A stretch of DNA of 64,000 nucleotides from an uncultured Methanosarcinales archaeon (GCA_964527395.1 CAZGQD010000002.1:24245-88244); one strand, 5' to 3'; shown: positions 55,071-63,169, numbered from the stretch's first letter. Numbers and translations: made by a program. Notes: a model not told the origin generated them from the letters alone.

Positions 55071-55221
55071 ATGGAAAAATAAATGAAAAGGCTCTTCTCC
55101 ACGTTCATGGAAACCAAGGCTTTCCAGACGCATAATCAAAGATTCTGCATTCGTTCGTACCTCACTTAGGTCGAATGATAAAGCTCTAATGAAAAGATCT
55201 CTTTCTACGATCAACGCCCCC
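55071..55221 (-). repeat. structured palindromic element, copy R2 (inverted orientation, degenerate 5' arm)
   Basis: GGCTCTTCTCCACGTTCA, CGTACCTCACTTAGGTCG, AGCTCTAATGAAAAGATCTCTTTCTACGATCAACGCCCCC align with copy R1. It carries a 48-nt insertion, and the G-rich closing arm has decayed to A-rich sequence. Confidence 0.65.
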
Positions 55222-55258
55222 GAATAAATTTAGGACAGCGCCAGAAAAATACACTAAA

Positions 55259-55870
55259 TTATCTCTCAAGAACATTTTCTTGTATTTTATCAACACTTAC
55301 CCTTGACTGATCTTCAAACAACTTTTCTGCCCTATCAGCAAGATCTCTTCCAATATCTTTATACAATGCATGCCATTGTCCATGAAAATTCCTTGCTTTA
55401 CCAAGCACATTTACTATTTCACTTAAATCATCACAATGTCCATTACCATCACCTTGATTTTTCAAATCTTTAAAAGCCCAACCACTAACAACATACCTTA
55501 AACCTCTTCTTTCAGAAAGAGCCAAAGCAGCTGCATGCATTGCTCCATATTCTGGAACACGAGCACCTGCCTCTTTTAGTAAATCTACCCTTACTTCAGT
55601 AGCTACCATCCCTCCATCTCTAAAAAAATAACCTTCAAAACCTAGCTTTCCTTCTGGACCTAAAGCTATACTAAAAGTCCTTTCATGACAATCAACATAA
55701 GGACCTCCTTCTTCAACTATAGCACTCTTCATTTGAAAACCACTATCACTATAAGTCAATTTATCAAAAGAATCTCCTTGAGGTAATCTATCAAACCCTC
55801 CAAACCCAAACTTCTCTAACTCAGGCTTCCATAAATCATAAGGTATTGGTGTCAAATATCTCTCTGCCAT
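55259..55870 (-). CDS. hypothetical protein, tandem paralogue 1
   Basis: MAERYLTPIPYDLWKPELEKFGFGGFD... aligns with the next gene's MRDSNLVPIPYRSWRPVLEEFGFLGLD... Both share later blocks (GW/SWAF, GHCDDLSEI vs GYCSDLGEI, FHGQWHALY vs FHKEVHDLY). Confidence 0.6.
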   Translation of the reverse strand: MAERYLTPIPYDLWKPELEKFGFGGFDRLPQGDSFDKLTYSDSGFQMKSAIVEEGGPYVDCHERTFSIALGPEGKLGFEGYFFRDGGMVATEVRVDLLKEAGARVPEYGAMHAAALALSERRGLRYVVSGWAFKDLKNQGDGNGHCDDLSEIVNVLGKARNFHGQWHALYKDIGRDLADRAEKLFEDQSRVSVDKIQENVLER

Positions 55871-55925
55871 AAACTAACTATTCCAAACCCAAATATAAAC
55901 ATTATGCCACTCAAGAATACACAAA

Positions 55926-56420
55926 TCATCTTCCATACAAATCATGCACTTCCTTATGAAAACCCAAAAGCCCATTTAAAACTCCCTCTATTTCTCCTAA
56001 ATCAGAACAATAACCACTACCAGAACCACTCCAATCTTTAATCCCATAATTAGCTCTAAAATCCAACCCATTAAAAAAAGCCCAACTTGCAATTGGATTA
56101 TACAAAGGATCACCTACACCAACAACCTTTCTTTCATCCCTAAAAAGCCTAACTAAAGCACTACTTCCAAGCATCGACCTATCTTTAAAAAACAATCCAT
56201 AAAAATCAAGCCTTCCTCCATTATCAAAAAATTGAGTAGAAACCCCTTTCCCAAAATAATCCCTTCTACTTCTAGGACCAAGCTGAATCTCTTCAACTCT
56301 AACATCAATTGCATCAAAAAAGCCCCTCCCTTTAAACTGATCCAAACCCAAAAAACCAAACTCCTCTAAAACTGGCCTCCAAGATCTATAAGGTATTGGC
56401 ACTAAATTAGAATCTCTCAT
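55926..56420 (-). CDS. hypothetical protein, tandem paralogue 2
   Basis: See 55259..55870. Start set to MRDSNLVPIPY by alignment with the paralogue. Confidence 0.6.
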   Translation of the reverse strand: MRDSNLVPIPYRSWRPVLEEFGFLGLDQFKGRGFFDAIDVRVEEIQLGPRSRRDYFGKGVSTQFFDNGGRLDFYGLFFKDRSMLGSSALVRLFRDERKVVGVGDPLYNPIASWAFFNGLDFRANYGIKDWSGSGSGYCSDLGEIEGVLNGLLGFHKEVHDLYGR

Positions 56421-56538
56421 TAAACAAGCCAACATAGACTTGTTTTATAAATGTTTAAGAGTAAAATCAACAAAAATAGACTCCAACTCACAAAGAAAAA
56501 CCCAAACACTCATAAATATTAATAGTCTATAATCCACT

Positions 56539-56712
56539 ATGGCAACAACAACTTCTAAAATAACAAAGAAGTCACACAGTTACACCTCTCCAAACCCTAA
56601 AGAATTCTCTAAGCAAACCAAAAAAGAAATTATCAAAGCTAGAGAAGAAATAAAAAAAGGAGAATTCACAACTCTCTCAAAATTAAAAAGAAAATATAAA
56701 ATCAGATTCTAA
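56539..56712 (+). CDS. possible small basic protein (57 aa)
   Basis: Hand translation MATTTSKITKKSHSYTSPNPKEFSKQTKKEIIKAREEIKKGEFTTLSKLKRKYKIRF*. Below the track cutoff. Confidence 0.35.
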   Translation: MATTTSKITKKSHSYTSPNPKEFSKQTKKEIIKAREEIKKGEFTTLSKLKRKYKIRF

Positions 56713-56776
56713 TTTATTAACAAACTCACAGCACCATTTATAAATAAAAACCAATCATAAACAACCTTACTAACCA

Positions 56777-57832
56777 ATGAAACTAACAACCCAAGATTAC
56801 AAAAAAGGTATTGTCAAACTCAAAGTGACTGACCGTGACGACCTTTGGTATCTAAGTCACATCATTAGTCCTAGCGATAGCATCACAGGTATCACAACCA
56901 GAAAAATCAAGATAGGATCAAGTGACAACGCCAAAATCACTAGAAAAACCTACAAAATCACTATCAAAGCAGAAAAACTAGACCTCCAACTTGATTCTGA
57001 CACCCTTAGAATCAACGGAACCAACGAAACAGAACATGATGACATCCCAAAAGGCAGTTATCAAAACATTTCAATCACTATCGATGACGAAATCACTATC
57101 AAAAAAGAACATTTCAAAAAATACGAACAAGAAAAATTAAAGGAAGCTGCAAGTGAAAAAAGCCCACTTTTAATCGCCCTTTTCGATCGAGAAGAAGCAA
57201 TTATCGCAAAAACAACAAAGTTCGGTCATAAAATCCTAACAAACTTAAAAGGCAGCAGCCAAAAGAAGAACGAAGACCACCAGTCAACAGGAAATTTCTA
57301 TCAAGATCTCTATAAAACCTTAGAAGAATACCAAAAACGTCACAAAGCCAACAAAATAATCCTAGCAACACCTGCTTTTTACAAAGAAGACTTCTTAAAA
57401 CAGATCTCCAACAAAGATTTCAAAAAACTCACTATCCAAGCAACCTGCTCAGCTGTCAACGAATCTGCAATTACTGAAGTTCTTAAAGACACAAAGCTAA
57501 AACAGATCTTAAACGAATCAAGATCTCAAATTGAAACAAATCTGATGCAAGAGCTCCTAACTGCTATTGCTAAAGAAACTCCTCACGCTTATTCAATAAA
57601 AGAAGTACAACACGCAGCCAACTTAGGCGCAGTCATAAAACTCTTAACCACAACCAAATTCATCACCAAAGCCAAAGAAGAAGGCAACTACGAAGAAATA
57701 GACAATCTCCTAAGCAGCATCGACAAACAAAAAGGCGAAATCCACATCTTAAATAGTGAAGAAGAAGCCGGTAGAAGACTAGATGGCCTCTCCGGAATCG
57801 CAGCTATTCTAAGGTACAAAATAGGAAACTAA
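56777..57832 (+). CDS. pelA: Pelota (mRNA surveillance / ribosome rescue factor)
   Basis: N-terminal VKLKVTDRDDLWYLSHIISPSDSITGITTRKIK is the Pelota Sm-like domain signature. The 351-aa length and the eRF1-like central and C-terminal domains agree. Confidence 0.9.
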   Translation: MKLTTQDYKKGIVKLKVTDRDDLWYLSHIISPSDSITGITTRKIKIGSSDNAKITRKTYKITIKAEKLDLQLDSDTLRINGTNETEHDDIPKGSYQNISITIDDEITIKKEHFKKYEQEKLKEAASEKSPLLIALFDREEAIIAKTTKFGHKILTNLKGSSQKKNEDHQSTGNFYQDLYKTLEEYQKRHKANKIILATPAFYKEDFLKQISNKDFKKLTIQATCSAVNESAITEVLKDTKLKQILNESRSQIETNLMQELLTAIAKETPHAYSIKEVQHAANLGAVIKLLTTTKFITKAKEEGNYEEIDNLLSSIDKQKGEIHILNSEEEAGRRLDGLSGIAAILRYKIGN

Positions 57833-58270
57833 ACCAACTCAAAACCTACTAAAAACACTTCTCCCACAACTATAATAAATTAAAAAAACTTGTTTCTTTC
57901 ACACCTTCATTTAAGCACAAAACCACTAATCTTTGCGTTACTAACACAAACTTTAGCTTAATCCTTGCGTTGGCAACGCAAAGTTTCAGCAAATTAAACA
58001 CCTCTAAAATACCACAAAAAACCCAACTCCCACAACATACACACTCCAACCACAATAAACAAAAACCAATTTTCTCGTCTATAAAAACAAACACAAACAA
58101 CATAACAACTCTTGCCCATAACCACAACCTTTTAATAGTAGTTATTTTTATTCATAGTTAAGTTACAACAAATTAAAGTGGGTGTGGGTAATTCCAAAAA
58201 TTTAGGCTTTTTTTCAACTTAAGCCAAAAGAGGTATTCCCTACTTCTAAACAAGAGGGGTGTTTAAGAAA

Positions 58271-59068
58271 ATGATAGTAAAAGACGATTTATTAGCACAG
58301 ATGAGAAGGTATTTTGACTTAAACTTATACGAAGTTAAGTTATGGGCAGCACTACTTAGCCGTGGAGTTTCTACAGCTGGAGAACTCTCCGACATTGCAA
58401 ACGTTCCAAGATCCAGATCTTACGACGTTCTAGAATCTTTAGAAAAGAAAGGTTTCGTAGTTATGAAAACTGGAAAGCCAATCAAATACATTGCAATTCC
58501 TCCAACTGAAGTTGTTGACCGTGTAAAGAAAAACATGCATCTGCAGGCACAAAACAAAATCAAGAGATTAGATTCTATTAAAAACTCAGAGATTCTAGCA
58601 GAATTAGAGGAATTACACAAAACTGGTGTAGCCTTAGTTGACCCTGTAGAAATTACTGGCGCTGTTAAAGGTAGACATAATTTATACAACCATATGGATA
58701 TGCTAATTAAAGGCTCCAAAAAGTCTGTAAACATTATGACAAGTGAGAAAGGTTTCATGCGTAAAGCTGAAGGTTTAAAAGCTTCTTTAACAAAAGCAAA
58801 AAAGCGTGGTGTTGACATCAAGATTGCAGCTCCAATTACTAACGAGAACAAAAAACATGTTGACGCTTTAAAAGGTGTAGCTACAGTTAAGCACAATTCA
58901 AGTATCAAATCCAGATTCATGACAGTTGACAGTGACCATACTGTTATGATGACTATGGACGATGGCCAAGTACACCCTAGTTATGATATGGCAGTTTGGG
59001 TTAAAGCTGATTATATGGCTAAAGGTATGGATTCCATGTTCGACCAAACCTGGAGCAACTTGAAGTAG
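58271..59068 (+). CDS. trmB: TrmB-family transcriptional regulator
   Basis: LNLYEVKLWAALLSRGVSTAGELSDIANVPRSRSYDVLESLEKKGFV is the TrmB wHTH. The ATG at 58271 lies about 13 nt after GAGGGGTG. The track ORF begins at a GTG at 58259. Confidence 0.85.
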   Translation: MIVKDDLLAQMRRYFDLNLYEVKLWAALLSRGVSTAGELSDIANVPRSRSYDVLESLEKKGFVVMKTGKPIKYIAIPPTEVVDRVKKNMHLQAQNKIKRLDSIKNSEILAELEELHKTGVALVDPVEITGAVKGRHNLYNHMDMLIKGSKKSVNIMTSEKGFMRKAEGLKASLTKAKKRGVDIKIAAPITNENKKHVDALKGVATVKHNSSIKSRFMTVDSDHTVMMTMDDGQVHPSYDMAVWVKADYMAKGMDSMFDQTWSNLK

Positions 59069-59168
59069 ATAAAACAACTTTTTTTCTTATTTTTCAACCT
59101 TTTTTCTTCTAAAACACCAATACTCCAACCCAATAAACCTTTTAAGAACAAAATTACCAAAACCAATC

Positions 59169-60263
59169 ATGAAACTCAGCACAGTCCCTAAGCTTCTAAG
59201 AGTCCACCAATGGTATAAAAACCTAGTAATCTTCCTAGCATTGTTCTTCTCAAACAACCTTTTCAATATAACTGATCTAACACTAACTATTCTAGGCTTC
59301 ATTTCACTATCATTAGCAGCTTCCTCAGGCTACATCATCAACGATATTAAAGACAAAAAGCAAGATCAATTACACCCTGAAAAACGCCTAAGACCAATTG
59401 CAAACAAAGAAATCACAAGCACAGCAGCTGCCATTCTCTCAATAGCACTCCTAGCAGCATCCCTAACAATAGCCCACCAGCTTTCACCACTTTTCCTCTT
59501 AGCAATAGCAGCATACTACACTTTAACAACCCTTTACACTTTCCTCTTGAAACACATAGTTGTTGCAGACATCATTACTATCAGCACTCTTTTCGTTATC
59601 CGAGCCATGAGTGGTGCCTACATTATCAACGTCCATGTCTCCCCATGGTTAATCTTGTGCCCATTCTTCTTAGCTTTAATGCTAGCTGCCGGCAAAAGAT
59701 ACGCCGAACTAAAGCTCCTAGACTCAACAAAAACAAGATCAAACAACAAAGAAAATATCACCTCAAAATCCACCTCCAGCAATGTAGAAATCATTTCGGG
59801 GGCGCCTCTGCAGAACAAGACCACCAAATCAAGACCAAACGACCTGAGTGAACAAAGTGAGCGAACGTGGAGAAGAGCCAATTCAGCCTCGCCCCGAGTT
59901 AATGATCTCTACATTGCCAATAAAAAAAAAAACATAATAGAATCAAAAGAAACTAAGGCAGAAAAGATAAGATCCACCTTGAAAGATTACACAACTAACA
60001 ATGCTAAAACCATCATCCTAATTGCTACTATCCTTTTCATCATCTCATATAGCATCTACACCCTCCAGCACCAAAAGAACCTCTTGATCACAACCCTACC
60101 TTTCGCTCTATTTGCAACAATCCGATACTTCCTTCTAACTACTAGTACAAACATAAAAAACACCATTTTGGCAAGAAAACCTCACAAAATCATCAAAGAC
60201 AAACACTTAACAATAGATATTTTGATTTGGATAGTCTTAGCAATCACTATTCTTTACTTTTGA
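59169..60263 (+). CDS. UbiA-family prenyl/phosphoribosyl transferase (decaprenyl-phosphate phosphoribosyltransferase-like) with a long inserted loop
   Basis: VHQWYKNLVIFLALFFS, YIINDIKDKKQDQLHPEKRLRPIA (NDxxDxxxD) and AGKRYAEL...IRSTLKDYT. About 75 extra hydrophilic residues lie between AEL and IRSTL, and they include repeat copy R3. Confidence 0.8.
   Translation: MKLSTVPKLLRVHQWYKNLVIFLALFFSNNLFNITDLTLTILGFISLSLAASSGYIINDIKDKKQDQLHPEKRLRPIANKEITSTAAAILSIALLAASLTIAHQLSPLFLLAIAAYYTLTTLYTFLLKHIVVADIITISTLFVIRAMSGAYIINVHVSPWLILCPFFLALMLAAGKRYAELKLLDSTKTRSNNKENITSKSTSSNVEIISGAPLQNKTTKSRPNDLSEQSERTWRRANSASPRVNDLYIANKKKNIIESKETKAEKIRSTLKDYTTNNAKTIILIATILFIISYSIYTLQHQKNLLITTLPFALFATIRYFLLTTSTNIKNTILARKPHKIIKDKHLTIDILIWIVLAITILYF
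59796..59898 (+). repeat. structured palindromic element, copy R3, inserted in frame inside the UbiA-family CDS
   Basis: Its reverse complement CTCGGGGCGAGGCTGAATTGGCTCTTCTCCACGTTCGCTC...TCAGGTCGTTTGG...TTCTGCAGAGGCGCCCCCGA matches copy R1 with 2 mismatches over the first about 37 nt. Closing stem TCGGGGGCG / CGCCCCGA. Confidence 0.8.
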
Positions 60264-60973
60264 TCAAAAGGACTTACAACAATGTCACTTCCTCCTACAA
60301 GGTAAGGTCCTCCAGAAGACTTTTTCTCTCCAGAACCTAAAGACCCACTTGCTTCAGGTGGAACTCCAATTCCTACAAGATATTCATCTGTAGCTGCTGC
60401 CAACTCTTCTAACTCTCCTAACTTAGTATTTGCTATATCATTAGAGATCATACCTTTTATAGAAACATAAGGTATAACTACACCTGAAATTGGCATTGCC
60501 ACTCTAAAAGCCATATTTAACTCTGGAACATTATAAGATACAACTGCTCCAAAAATCCCTAAAGAAATAGCAGTCAAAGAAGCAAGAAAAGTAGCGTTTT
60601 TAAAATCATTTTTCCAACCAACTATTGTAAATCTCTCAGGATCAAGATAAGCAACACCTACTTGATTCATAGATTCAACAGTACTTCTAACTTTCATATC
60701 AAAAACTGGATCTGGTCCTGGTGCAAAAGCCCTACCAAAAAAAGTATCATATTTAGCTAAAATTGAAGCAACCCTATCTGTATAACTATCATTTCCAGCA
60801 GCTACAGCTCCTGCAATAGGATTTGAATCATAAAAAGCAAGTATCCCTTCATCTCTACTACCCACAACACCAGGTAACCTCCTAAAACCTTCATTAAAAG
60901 ACGCTTCAGAAAGCGCAATGTAATCCAATTTGCCTTTCAAAGTATCAAGTACCTTAGCTTCTTCATATTCCAT
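60254..60973 (-). CDS. hypothetical membrane-associated protein
   Basis: ORF with central hydrophobic segments (FLASLTAISLGIFGAVVSY, AMPISGVVIPYV). The likely start is MEYEEAKV at 60973. Confidence 0.55.
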   Translation of the reverse strand: MEYEEAKVLDTLKGKLDYIALSEASFNEGFRRLPGVVGSRDEGILAFYDSNPIAGAVAAGNDSYTDRVASILAKYDTFFGRAFAPGPDPVFDMKVRSTVESMNQVGVAYLDPERFTIVGWKNDFKNATFLASLTAISLGIFGAVVSYNVPELNMAFRVAMPISGVVIPYVSIKGMISNDIANTKLGELEELAAATDEYLVGIGVPPEASGSLGSGEKKSSGGPYLVGGSDIVVSPFDQK

Positions 60974-61047
60974 AAAAACAACTAACACAAAATATCTATT
61001 TAACTATTTCTATCTTAAAAACTACAAATTACTCATCCTTTCAGACA

Positions 61048-61193
61048 CTGTAGAAGATCTCGCTTCGCTCGATGGGGGCGAGGCTGAATAGGCTCTTCTC
61101 CACGTTCACTCGTACCTCGTTCAGGTCGTTTGCTGTAGCTCTAACGAAAATGCTCTCTTTCTGCAATAGACGCCCCCCATACATCTTCTACAG
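61048..61193 (-). repeat. structured palindromic element, copy R1 (inverted orientation)
   Basis: Core closing stem ATGGGGGCG (61072) / CGCCCCCAT (61172-61180), plus an outer 11-bp stem CTGTAGAAGAT (61048) / ATCTTCTACAG (61183). The internal blocks are shared with R2 and R3. It lies between divergent genes, about 50 nt upstream of pheS. Confidence 0.8.
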
Positions 61194-61211
61194 CACCTTA
61201 TCCACAAAAGC

Positions 61212-61224
61212 ATTTATATATAAT
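61212..61224 (+). promoter_or_regulatory. TATA box for pheS
   Basis: ATTTATATATAAT lies 20-32 nt upstream of the ATG at 61244. Confidence 0.45.
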
Positions 61225-61243
61225 CCCTCACAACCTTTCCCTC

Positions 61244-62770
61244 ATGAAACTAGATTCTCTAATCAAAAAGCTCCATCCATTAGAAAGAAAAGTCCTCCCA
61301 TTCCTAGCTAAAACTACAGATATTAAAGAGCTAACAAAACTAGCTAACCTAAGTGAAATCGAAGTAACTAGAGCTCTGCAGTGGTTAGAGAACAAAGGAG
61401 CACTCACATTAGAAACCATCGAAGAGACTGTTATCGATCTTAAAAACAACGCAAAAAAATACGCAAAAGAAGGTCTTCCAGAAAAACAAATCTTAAGCAT
61501 CTTAAACGAAACTCTAAAAGCAGCTGACGAAGTAATAGAAGAAGCCCACTTAAGCATGCAAGAGCTAAACGCCAGCATCGGGAAACTAAAAAAGCAAGGT
61601 GCAATCGAAATAAATAAACAAGCAAACAAACTGATGCTTAAAGCTACAAAAGCAGCAAAAGAATTCCTAAATACGAAAAGCATCGAAGAACTTTTCCTAC
61701 AAAAAGACTTCCCAATCAAAGAAGAGAACCTTACTAAAGATGACAAACAAGCTATCAAGAATCTTCAAAATAGAAAAGATTTCATTGAAAAAAGACACAA
61801 TAAACATCTAAACATCACTTTAACAAAATTAGGAAAAGACCTATCAAAAAAGAAGATCGACCAAAATGTTATCAACCGTCTAACTCCACAGATGTTAAAA
61901 GATGGTTCTTGGAAAAACAAAAACTTCCGTGCATACGATGTAGAAATCAACGTACCACAAATCCATACTGGAAAAAAACACTTTGTAAACCAAGCTGTTG
62001 ATTATATCAAAGACATTTGGATTGACTTAGGCTTCCAAGAAATGACTGGTAACTATGTACACTCAGCCTTTTGGGACCTAGACGCGCTTTTCGTACCTCA
62101 AGACCATCCTGCAAGAGAGATGCAAGACACATTTTATCTAAAAAACAAAGCAAAAATAGAACAAAACATCTACAAAAAAGTCAAAGCAGCCCATGAAAAT
62201 GGAGGAACTACTGGTTCTACAGGTTGGGGCTACAAATATTCTAAAGATGAAGCTCAAAAAACCATGCTTAGAACTCACACAACTGTACTTAGTGCAGAAA
62301 CTATTCACAAACTAAAAAAATCAGACTTACCAGCAAAATTCTTTGCAATCGGAAAAGTTTTCCGAAACGAAGCCCTAGATTGGAAACATTTATTCGAATT
62401 TTATCAAGTTGAAGGTATTGTTATTGATCCAAATGCTAATTTAAAACATCTAAAAGGCTATCTCACTCAATTTTACAAAAAAATGGGTTATCCAAAAGTA
62501 AGAATGCGTCCTGCCCATTTCCCATATTGCGAACCTAGCCTAGAAGTAGACGTATTCCATCCAGTAAAAAAGGAATGGGTTGAGTTAGGTGGAGCTGGTA
62601 TTTTCCGTCCAGAAGTAGTTAAACCCTTATTAGGAGTAGACTACCCTGTCTTAGCGTGGGGCCAAGGTATGGGTAGAATCATCAGCGCCTATTGGAACTT
62701 AACAGACATCAGAGACATGTACAAAAACGACTTAAAACAAATCAGAAACATGAAAATGTGGGTCAAATAA
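61244..62770 (+). CDS. pheS: phenylalanine--tRNA ligase alpha subunit (archaeal/eukaryal type)
   Basis: Class II motifs: HPAREMQDTFY (motif 1 region), LRTHTT, FAIGKVFRNE (motif 2) and GAGIFRPEV...AWGQGMGR (motif 3). It also has the long N-terminal DNA-binding-fold domains typical of archaeal PheS. Confidence 0.95.
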   Translation: MKLDSLIKKLHPLERKVLPFLAKTTDIKELTKLANLSEIEVTRALQWLENKGALTLETIEETVIDLKNNAKKYAKEGLPEKQILSILNETLKAADEVIEEAHLSMQELNASIGKLKKQGAIEINKQANKLMLKATKAAKEFLNTKSIEELFLQKDFPIKEENLTKDDKQAIKNLQNRKDFIEKRHNKHLNITLTKLGKDLSKKKIDQNVINRLTPQMLKDGSWKNKNFRAYDVEINVPQIHTGKKHFVNQAVDYIKDIWIDLGFQEMTGNYVHSAFWDLDALFVPQDHPAREMQDTFYLKNKAKIEQNIYKKVKAAHENGGTTGSTGWGYKYSKDEAQKTMLRTHTTVLSAETIHKLKKSDLPAKFFAIGKVFRNEALDWKHLFEFYQVEGIVIDPNANLKHLKGYLTQFYKKMGYPKVRMRPAHFPYCEPSLEVDVFHPVKKEWVELGGAGIFRPEVVKPLLGVDYPVLAWGQGMGRIISAYWNLTDIRDMYKNDLKQIRNMKMWVK

Positions 62771-62777
62771 ACCAAAA

Positions 62778-63056
62778 ATGAAGCAAGACAACTCCTTAGA
62801 ACTAATTTCAATCATTTTAGGTTTAATTTCAATAGCTTTGGCAATATATTATTCAAATAACAGCACCATACAAATTGCATTTTTTGCCATGCTTACTATT
62901 ATTGGAATATTATTTTTTATCTACAACAACTCAAACAAAATAAAACTTTATAACAAAGAATTATTAAAAATAAACTACAAATTAGAAAACATTGAAAATA
63001 ATTTCAACATTTACAATAGATTAGCAAAAATAGAACAAGAAATTCAAAGAAAATAA
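62778..63056 (+). CDS. small membrane protein, hypothetical
   Basis: 92 aa with two TM segments followed by a coiled-coil-like tail. It is packed between pheS and pheT. Confidence 0.5.
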   Translation: MKQDNSLELISIILGLISIALAIYYSNNSTIQIAFFAMLTIIGILFFIYNNSNKIKLYNKELLKINYKLENIENNFNIYNRLAKIEQEIQRK

Positions 63057-63057
63057 A

Positions 63058-63168
63058 ATGAAAATCCTTAACAAAAAAGCTCAATATGAATTACATGAAA
63101 TTATGCCTATCATACTAATCATACTATTCATGATATTTTTAATCTTAAAAGCAGAAGGAATACTATAA
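63058..63168 (+). CDS. possible 36-aa pilin-like mini-protein
   Basis: Hand translation MKILNKKAQYELHEIMPIILIILFMIFLILKAEGIL*. It has the same NKKAQ motif as the N-terminus of 52849..54063, and a C-terminus like 27506..27607. Confidence 0.35.
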   Translation: MKILNKKAQYELHEIMPIILIILFMIFLILKAEGIL

Positions 63169-63169
63169 A

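Noticed and set aside
61072-61311. ORFs lying on palindromic-element DNA (61072..61311, 55032..55214, 11385..11639, 25548..25760, 25648..25872)
   Set aside because: Each coincides with a repeat copy, has an arbitrary composition, and overlaps a better-supported gene or promoter. They are judged to be by-products of the repeats.
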